A stretch of DNA of 64,000 nucleotides from Octopus vulgaris (taxonomy: Eukaryota). How positions within the stretch are numbered: the stretch's first letter is position 1; each line of letters opens with the position of its first letter. Below, one piece after another: positions 50,988-64,000 of the stretch. Below the pieces are notes generated by a model that saw only the letters and a list, made by a program, of their open reading frames with translations, made no database searches and was not told the DNA's origin. Position numbers and translations under genes: made by a program. The stretch is from assembly GCA_951406725.2 (NCBI GenBank), contig OX597827.1, positions 46,066,001-46,130,000 of the forward strand, in the 5' to 3' direction.

Positions 50988-53367
50988 CTAGCTGAAGGTG
51001 ACCCGCTCTACGCGCGGGTAAGAGTGTGGTTGTTACTTTCTGTTGCTTCCTTTCAGCACGTAAAAAGCACCATCCGAACGTGGCAGATTGCAGCGCCGCC
51101 TTGACTGGCTTCTGTGCTGGTGGCACGTAAAAAGCACCAACCGATCGTGGCCGCTGCCAGCCACCCTGGCACCTGTGCCGGCGGCACGAAAAAAACACCC
51201 ACTACGCTCACAGAGTGGTTGGCGTTAGGAAGGGCATCCACCAGTCGAAACACTGCCAGATCAGACTGGAGCCTGGTGCAGCCTCCTGGCTTCCCAGACC
51301 CCTGTCAAACTGTCCAACCCGTGCTAGCACGGAAAACAGACGTTAAACGATGATGATGATGATGATTCTCCCTCTTTGTTTCTCTCTCCTTTCTCTCTCA
51401 CTTTCCCACTCTCTTACTCTTCCTTTCTCTCGGACTCTCCCTCGCTTTCTCTTACTCTCTATCTTTATCTATCTCTCTCCCATTTATAAACAACAAAAGA
51501 TCTTGAGTAAGTTGAGAAATAAAATATTTAGAAAGATCAATCATAAATATCAGGCAGTAACAACGGAAAGGTCTGCTTCAAGGCAGACAGCAAAACACTA
51601 ACATTTAAGAGGGACAGACGAACTTGCGAGCTGAATAAAAATAATAAAATATTGGAAACCAAAGTTTGAAGGGATAGAATTTGAGGATAGTAGAGTCACC
51701 ATGGCTGGCATTTCTTAACGACAGACAGCAACGTATTGACAGTTCAACAGCTGGCGTAAAATTTTGAACTTGATGTAAAAGAAAATCCCTAAACACCAAG
51801 TTTTGAAGTGATTCTTTCTCACGACAGTAGACTCACGATGGCAAGCATTCAAAACTTCTTCATCATGGACGGCAACACATTGACGATTAAAAGGCTGGCG
51901 CAAATTTTTTAGCTTGATGTAACAGAGAATTGATAAACACCCGCTCCTTTAAATTGTAATCCCCTTCCAGCCCCATTTAGACCCCTTTTCACATTTTGGT
52001 TAATATAACACATTTTATAAGATGAGGACTCAACCAATTTTCCCAAGTTCTGGTCATAGACCATAGAACACTCAACCAAGTTTCCCGAGTTCTGGTCATA
52101 GACCATAGAACACTCAACCAAGTTACCCGAGTTCTGGTCATAGACCATAGAACACTCAACCAAGTTTCCCGAGTTCTGGTCACTTGCAGAATAAATAGAG
52201 ACGGCGGAGGTGGCAGACGTCGTTGCAATGTAAACATGATTTGTTTTAAGAGAAAGATTGTCCAGATTGTGTGTTGGTGGTGGTGGTGGCGATGATAATT
52301 ATCTTTATGAATGGAGATAAAGAGAAATTGAAGGGAAGTTAGAGGTAGAAAGAAAAGGTGTAAATTTTGGAGTGAATCCGACGGGATGTAGTGGGCTTTA
52401 ACCCCGGCAAAAAAATAATATCTGTTGCGTTTCTGAAAGAGGTGAAGTAGGAATATTGAAACTTTTGCGGCTGTCATTGATAGACTCGTTGTAGAATAAA
52501 TAGAGACGGCGAAAAAAGAGAGAGCTCGAGAAAGAAAAGGTGATATATGAAAGAGAGGACGGGAAAATGAAATATTTTGCAATGTAACATGATTTGTTTT
52601 AAGAGAAAGATTGTCATGATTGTGTGTTGGTAGTGGTGGCGATGATAATTATCATTAGGAAAAAGAGTGAGTGAGTGAGTAAGACATATACATAAGTTGT
52701 GGCGATGATAATTCTAGACCCCTTTTCACATTTTGATGAAGAGAACCCGATTTCATTCGGGTCTACTGGGGCCACATATAGGTGTGTGTGTATGTGTGTG
52801 TGTGTGTGTGTGTGCACGCTGTAGAAATTAAATTAGAGATAAAACCACTAATAGGGAAATGAAACAGTAAAAAACCAAAAACAAAAACATAAAAATTAAA
52901 ATATAATATTAGATATATGTATATGTGTGTGTGTGTGTGTATGTGTGTGTGTGTGTGTGTTGACAGGTAGACAATAGAATGCGATGGCGATGTAATATTT
53001 GTTTCTGTCTATGAACGCAGATAGATACATGAGTAAAATGTATGGGAAGCTAAGAGATAGAGTGAGTGAAAATGTTCTTGGAAGAGAGGAAATAGCGAGA
53101 GAGTGATTTGAGGAAGACTTTACATTAAATAACCGGAGTGGACTTGTCATATGAAGATGAGTGAGAGGGTACTGGAGGAAATAGCGTGAGTGAGGAAGAT
53201 GGCCCCTAGCAACCACACCTTTTAAGATAGGGATTTCTAAGGTAGCCCACGAGCATCGTCACATCATTCTACATGACCCTGTAAATTTTGGAGCGAATCG
53301 GACGGGATGTAGTGGCATTGAAAGCGATCCAAGCGGTAAAAACGCATTTCAGTTTTATATATAGAGA
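50988..53367 (-). mobile_element. Non-autonomous Helitron, unit 2 of tandem dimer
   Basis: 5' A|TCTCTATATATAAAACTG at 53367; 3' hairpin plus CTAG at 50988-51019; about 1 kb highly similar to unit 1. Confidence 0.85.
52029..52181. repeat. 42-bp tandem repeat, about 3.5 copies
   Basis: CTCAACCAAGTTTCCCGAGTTCTGGTCATAGACCATAGAACA. Confidence 0.9.
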
Positions 53368-53459
53368 TAGGGAGAATTTACGGAAAAAACAAAAGACGAA
53401 GACAGGTGGTGTAGAAAACAAACAGATGTATTAGTATAACGCTCAGGAATAGAAAAAGT

Positions 53460-53495
53460 CTTTTACGTTTCGAGCCTACGCTCTTCTACAGAAAG
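53460..53495 (-). ncRNA. Minimal hammerhead variant (A6U)
   Basis: CTTT-CTGTAGA-A-GAGC-GTAG-GCTC-GAAA-CG-TA-AAAG: perfect stems I and II, palindromic ACGT. Confidence 0.55.
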
Positions 53496-53543
53496 GGACA
53501 CAGAAATAACAAGGGGAGAAACAAGGGGATATATATATATATA

Positions 53544-53575
<32 letters not shown>

Positions 53576-53597
53576 TACACAAATTACACACACACAC

Positions 53598-53635
<38 letters not shown>

Positions 53636-54437
53636 CCCCATTCCTTCCTGAATAAGTTGAAAAGAAAAAGAAAGGGATAGTTCGTCTGAACAAAAATGGA
53701 CCGGCCTAGCTGGAGCATCTTTGATCAAAGGTGCGATCGATCAGTACTGAAGTAGGATAGACAAAAACATCAAAAACAGCATTACTAGTAACAACAACAA
53801 TAACAACGACGACGGCGGCGGCGGCAACGACAAAGCAACAACAATGACAACAACAACAGCAACATTGACGAGAGCGACAACAACCTGAAACCAGACTTGA
53901 AAACCATCTTATATGTTGGGTCAACCAGTTTGAAACAGCTAAATTTCTTGCGGAAACCACCCGCTACTCAGGTTAGATATCACCAAAGTGAATAATTATT
54001 GACTTTATCAAGAATAGAAATACACAGCCTGTTTGTCAAAAATATTTGAAACTAATCGGTCGATAGGTTTAATGCTAGCAACTGGTTCTTGGGTGTCTTT
54101 TGAACAGTCAAATCCGTAGTAAGGATTCGAACCAGATTTATTGTGTGAGGATGATTCACTATCTTGACACATCGGTTCAAGTTTTCATACATCGTGTCCC
54201 TATTTCTGATGGGGTCTGTGAGAGAGGGGCTTGATCAACGGAGACCCGTCGTCAGACATGACATTAGCTCGGTCTGCGTTACAGATAACATCTCGGGAGG
54301 TGGCCCTGTTTTCTGACTGTGTTTTCTTACATAGTGATTGGCTTTCAGCTGTGTTGTTTGCAGAACTTAAAGCAGGGGTTAGCAACAGTCCATGCTCGTC
54401 GATTTTTATTCCAGTTTCAAAGACGCTCCGAAGGTTA

Positions 54438-55008
54438 TATTGGATTGTCCGGAAAGTTCGTGCCGATTTATAGTAGCTTACCTTTCGACTTATTTTAGAA
54501 CATGGTTGAGTCCATAAAATAGTATTTGCCTACACCTCCATTTAGAACACAGTTTAAGCTATCTTTTCGTGGAAGAAGGTTTATGTTCCTATAACCTGTG
54601 TTAATTCTGTAACCCTTTAAAATGGAAGGTAAAAAAAGTTCATTTTTGATACTTGATGCTTTGGGAACCAGACAAAAATTGCTGCAGCTCGGCTGGGATG
54701 TGTTACCCCACCCTCCATATTCACCAGATATTGCTCCTTCGGATTTCCACTTATTCAAGTCTCTGCAGAATAGTCGTAATGGTAAAAACTTCAATTCCTT
54801 GGATGACGTAAAAAGATAATTTGATGAATTCTTTGCCATGAAACCACCTCAATTCTGGGAAGAGGTTATTTTCAAGTTAAAGAAAAGATGAAGACACATT
54901 GTGCAACAAAATGGTTCATATTTGGTTGATTAAAAATATAATGGCAAGTATTTATTGACCTTTTTCTTTCCTTTAAAAATCGGCATGAACTTTCCGGACA
55001 ACCCAATA
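54438..55008 (+). mobile_element. Internally deleted mariner with TIRs and TA TSD
   Basis: TIRs TATTGGATTGTCCGGAAAGTTCGTGCCGATTT / AAATCGGCATGAACTTTCCGGACAACCCAATA; ORF remnant GWDVLPHPPYSPDIAPSDFHLF. Confidence 0.93.
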
Positions 55009-56364
55009 TATAGAATCTGTCCTTCCTTTAACCACGTCATAATGAAAAAGATTTCAGCTTCATAGCGAAACGGTAAGTTGACGATGTAAGATAGGGGAAA
55101 TAATTGTCCTTGTGTCATTGTTAAAATTAATGAAATGAACTGGAATAATGAATTAGATAAGAAATATCATTATAAATGAAATATAAGCGCATTGCATATA
55201 TCAGGGAATGATTGGTACAATTATATTGGGATTGATGAAAACATCGTATGATGGGTGCTTTGTTAGCAAGGAATATGGCCATAGGATTAATAAACTATGT
55301 ATACATGAATCGGAGCTCACTGCATATAACAAAGTAATTGTTGATTACGTATTTGCAACAGTGATATTACAATCAAAATAACGATTTATTAATTGTTTGC
55401 TGAGAGATAGGCAAGAAATTGACACTGAATTGCTAAATCTGTTTACCCAACAACCAGAATGTTCTTACAATTCCTTAGGATTTCAGATTTGACATTGACT
55501 TACCTTAATTCACGCATCAGAGGCAGCGGTCTTGCTAGAGTGAAGTGGAAGTCACATATACAAAATAAAAATGCATGCCAACGTTTTGTGATCTACAACA
55601 GTCCACTAACAGTTCACGGACTGTCGATTTCAATTCACAATTGTTATGTTGCAGGCTTGTTCTGGGTTTTGATGTCTGAGGCCCAGAACCTTTACTTCAA
55701 AAGGGTGTTGTTTCTTGTAATCAGTTCCCAGTCAGATTGTGAACGACAACGTAGATTCTGTGATCGAGAAGGCATAAAAAATACAAAAGTTTTCACTCCA
55801 GATGTAAGGCAAAGTAACATTCGTAGTACTACAAGCAAGTGTGTTAATTATTGCCGAAGCAGGCTCTCATCCGTTTCATTGAAGTCCGAGAATTTACTTT
55901 ATTTGAATATTAAGTACGCAGTCCATCTCTTATCATTCCACATGCTGCGCTAGACAAGCTATAGATTATATATATAAAAAACAAAAATGAATTGAAACCA
56001 CAAGAAAAAAACTAAATGCAACAGAAAATCGTTCACAGGCATAAATACATAATAAGAGAACAAGTGAATTGCTTTGAGATATAGCAGGCTGTAACAGATA
56101 GCACTGTAAAAGTTCACTGGAATATTGACCACATAAAGTACTTTATGTACACACACACACACACACCTAGGTGTGTGTGCGTGCTTCATTCAGTAGACTT
56201 CTGTTGATACTGGATCAAATAATCTCTCGTGTTATATAATAATATCGGAAAAGTATAAATATCGAACGGAACCTTTCTTACATGTATGTATCTATGCATA
56301 TGTGTGTGTGTGTGTTTGTATGTATATATATATACATATACATACATACATGCATACATACACG

Positions 56365-56418
<54 letters not shown>

Positions 56419-56437
56419 CACATATACATATATATTA

Positions 56438-60118
<3,681 letters not shown>

Positions 60119-60120
60119 TT

Positions 60121-60315
60121 CTCCCCCACCCCCAACATCGCTTGACAACTGATGCTGGTGCGTTTACGCCCCAGCATCGGAACTTAGCGGTTCGGCAAAA
60201 CAGACCGATAGAATAAGTACTAGGCTTACAAAGAATACGTCCTGAGGTCGATTTGCACGACTAAAGGCGGTGCTCTAGTATGGCCACAGTCAAATGACTG
60301 AAACAAGTAAAAGAG
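60121..60315 (+). mobile_element. SINE A, 3' half
   Basis: Family A tail at the point where the Helitron breaks off. Confidence 0.87.
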
Positions 60316-60326
60316 TATATGTATAC

Positions 60327-60383
<57 letters not shown>

Positions 60384-60390
60384 CGCCTAT

Positions 60391-60451
<61 letters not shown>

Positions 60452-60452
<1 letters not shown>

Positions 60453-61460
60453 TAGCTGGTGTTCGGTAATTCCCGGGGTAAAGATGTTCTATTGGGACGC
60501 CTTATTACTCTGGTATAAGAAAGCAATTTCGTTATAACTGTCACAAAAGGTGTATTTTCCTTCGCGAAAAAGTACAACAACTGTCAGCTGAAGGAGGGAG
60601 AGATTGTTGGAGGTTGGTGAAGGAGGTTTCCGGAGTTTAGTGAAAAAGATTGTCGGAGGTTGGTGAGAGAGGTTGTCGGAGGTTGGCGAGAGAGGTTATC
60701 GGAGTTTGGCAAGAGAGATCGTCAGAGGTTGTCGGAGGTTGCCGAGAGAGGTATTCGAAGGTTGGTGAGAGAGGTTGTCGTTCACAGAAAAACTATTGTT
60801 TTACTGTGAGAAAAGCGCTGTTGAAGTGTTAAGTGAAATTTGGCAATCGAGGATCGAATCTACGCTATGCCTGCATGAAGCCACTACAAATACGTTGTGG
60901 TAAAAAATAATCTACTGTCATGAGGAATGTGTAACTGTAAAAATGCAGAATTATCGGAGTAATGGGCATTGAAAAAAGTATGTATGTATAGAAATGTATG
61001 AATGAAGAGATTCAAATTAAGGAAGTGCAATAATATTGTTTAGCAGTTCAAAACTGTGAGTAGGGAAATGCAGAATTAGGTTCACTGATCGTGAGAATCA
61101 AATATTGATCGCATTCGCTAAAAACTGCAGGTGGTATGGGTTATTTCACTTGGTTTTGTTTAAATAAAATATTAGTAATAGGTAGTAGATAGAAGGATCC
61201 ATTGGATGGGCCCTATTATCAATTTTTTTCAGCATTGCGCTCGGTATTTGATGAGTAAAAGAGTTCGACGGTGCCACTAAAAGGAATTTTGCCGAGAAGA
61301 ATGCCCAAATTCTTCTTGATTAGTGTTGGCATAGGGTCCATATGTATTCCTTATGATTTGAACAAGAACCATAAAGATCTATAGGCTCTTATAACCCATG
61401 CTTCACAGTTCATTGTTTTCATTCGAGATGGCTGGCTGGCTGGCTGGATGGATGGATGGA
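60452..61460 (-). mobile_element. Probable non-autonomous Helitron with internal repeats of about 23 bp
   Basis: Minus-strand 3' end CCGGGAATTACCGAACACCAGCTAG|T next to (TA)n; GAGAGAGGTTGTCGGAGGTTGG repeats at 60590-60780; 5' end uncertain. Confidence 0.45.
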
Positions 61461-61579
61461 TGGTGGATGGGTGTTTGCATAGGTAAAATTAGTAGGTAGG
61501 TAGGTATGTGAATATGTTGACAAACAGATATGCCTGCGTACATTATGTATGTATGTATGTATGTATGTATGTACGTACG

Positions 61580-61619
<40 letters not shown>

Positions 61620-61622
61620 TAG

Positions 61623-61663
<41 letters not shown>

Positions 61664-61796
61664 ATGTGGGATGATTGGTTGGTAGTTATATAGTTACGTA
61701 GCTAGAAGTGTAAATAAGTAGATACGTATGCATGTATGTATGTATGTATTCCTGTGTGTGTGTAAGTAAATAACTAGTTAGATAGTATAGTATAGT

Positions 61797-61882
<86 letters not shown>

Positions 61883-62157
61883 AATTGCGAGGAAAATAGA
61901 TAAAAATTAATTAATTGATTAGTAGGTTAATATTAAGTGAACAATTTTCATTTTTCCACCAATGCGAAAATTGGTTGTCAAAAAATGCTATTTCAACAAA
62001 TTTATGCTTCACGATATAACGACGTTCATAACAAAACGGTGATGATTATAATAAACGAAGCAAATGGCAAGACATAAAATACTCGGACATAAAGACAAGA
62101 GTGTGTGTTTGTGTGTGTGTGTTAGTGTATATAAACATTATACATATACCTGTAGGC

Positions 62158-62240
<83 letters not shown>

Positions 62241-62346
62241 AGGACAGCCAAACATAAATGTACTCACAAATTCATATATACACAGTCCTTTAAACCGACA
62301 GACTGGCATACACAAATATCATATATGTATATATATATATATATAT

Positions 62347-62388
<42 letters not shown>

Positions 62389-62657
62389 ATATTTATATAT
62401 ATACATATATATATACATATATATATATACATATTTATATATACATATTTATATATATACATATCTATATGTATATATATCTATATATATTTATATATTC
62501 ATATATATGTGTGTGTATTAGTGTATCTTAGTATGAATGTATGTCTGTAGACGTCTGTGTATATGTGTGTGTGTATTATATATATATATATGTATATATA
62601 TACATATATATACACACATATACATATATACACATACATATATATATACACACGCAC

Positions 62658-62743
<86 letters not shown>

Positions 62744-63890
62744 GCGCATACGCACACACACGCACACATTCGTATATATAATCAGGAATAAAGTAGTTAC
62801 ATATATAAAGCTTTTAATGTGCATACTCGATCATGAAACAATGACATCGCTACATCAACCCCCACCCTAACAATCCCATCTCTGCAATCACCAATACTAT
62901 GACGACGACGACGACGACGACGACTACCAGCACGACGACGACCACCACCACCACTACCATCACCACCCGCCTCCGCCACCACAAGAACAAGAACCACAAC
63001 TACAAGCAGAACGGCAATAGCTTCTTTGAGAATGCTGTTGTCAGCATCCTTCGGGAGCTGTAATTTTTTTTTTCCTTTTTCTTTTCTTTTTTTTCTTTCT
63101 TTTTCTTGTGAGACCTAAGTGATGTCTAAAGTTAATGAGATGGCATTATTTACTGCATTTAATTAAGTCTGATTTAGAGTAACATTACCACCTCTCCCTC
63201 TACCACCACAACCGCAACCGCAACCACAACCAACCAACCAACCAACAACAACAACAACAGCAATAACCATAACACTTAATTACTTTATTTACAAATCGTT
63301 ACTTCAACTTTTATATAATCCGCGACCAAAAACAACGCTTACACTTGGCACTAAATTAAAAAAGCTGCGACGTTTCCAACGAGGAAGCCTATAGTATTAC
63401 GCTGTTACTCAACCGGCTTGTAATAACAGCTAAATATACTTCAAATTGCCCGTTGCTGTCATGTGAAAAGAAGGACACCAATGAATGACTCGCAATTCCC
63501 AAGAGAAAGATGGATTAAATGAGATACGATGGAATGTTTATGATCGAGATAACTGTATATCATAGGTCTGTCCGGTGTGGACTGACCTAGGGTTAAAGGA
63601 CATGAGTCTATAAAATAGCTGGAAAGAAATAACTGCAATTTTATTTGAGATAAATAATAAAGAAATGCAATCAGAGGAAATACTTGTATAATGGAAATAA
63701 ATTGCTACTTCATGTAGCTGAAACAAGTAGCTAACTCTTTTATTTGAAATAAATTGCTACATGTGGATAAGGTAAATAGCTAATGCTTCTATTTGAGATA
63801 AGCAACAAAGACACCTATATTTAAGAGATGAGGAATTATGTACATTATTTACATTATTTACATCATTTACATTCGACGCCTTATGCCCAC

Positions 63891-63961
63891 GGGCACATGG
63901 CGTAGTGGTTAAGAGCGCGGTCTACTAACCCCAAGATTCCGAGTTCGATTCCAAGCAGTGA

Positions 63962-63965
<4 letters not shown>
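63891..63965 (+). mobile_element. tRNA-derived Pol III head followed by (AAT)n (runs off window)
   Basis: A-box TGGCGTAGTGG 63898-63908, B-box GAGTTCGATTCC 63941-63952; acceptor and anticodon stems imperfect, so not a functional tRNA. Confidence 0.75.

Positions 63966-64000
<35 letters not shown>

Noticed and set aside
54200-54437. Minus-strand open frame as a host terminal exon
   Set aside because: No recognisable domain, no good splice acceptor, and the frame closes shortly beyond the mariner insertion site.
63891-63965. Functional tRNA gene
   Set aside because: Acceptor and anticodon stems are broken and there is no T-run terminator; treated as a SINE head.

Overview
AT-rich, microsatellite-saturated, non-genic animal DNA. 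The SINE repertoire and the (TA)n/(CA)n/(CATA)n load point to a coleoid cephalopod, most likely Octopus; this is recognition from memory, not a database result. No intact host gene or convincing exon was found, and most ORFs in the track are microsatellite artefacts. The window is a transposon graveyard: four tRNA-derived SINE families (my labels A-D, several with TSDs), a decayed autonomous Helitron plus non-autonomous Helitrons, relics of pogo/Tigger, mariner, Tc1/maT-like, hAT and RTE elements, a Penelope-like (PLE) reverse-transcriptase relic, and long palindromes. Most notable: (1) about seven minimal type-I hammerhead ribozyme motifs, one apparently part of a tRNA-headed, (AAT)n-containing SINE/retrozyme, which can be tested by reading past the window end; (2) three copies of an RLE-type non-LTR retrotransposon, each in (CATA)n in the same orientation; (3) a head-to-tail Helitron dimer with a precise CTAG|TC junction; (4) SINE concatemers sharing one junction at independent loci.
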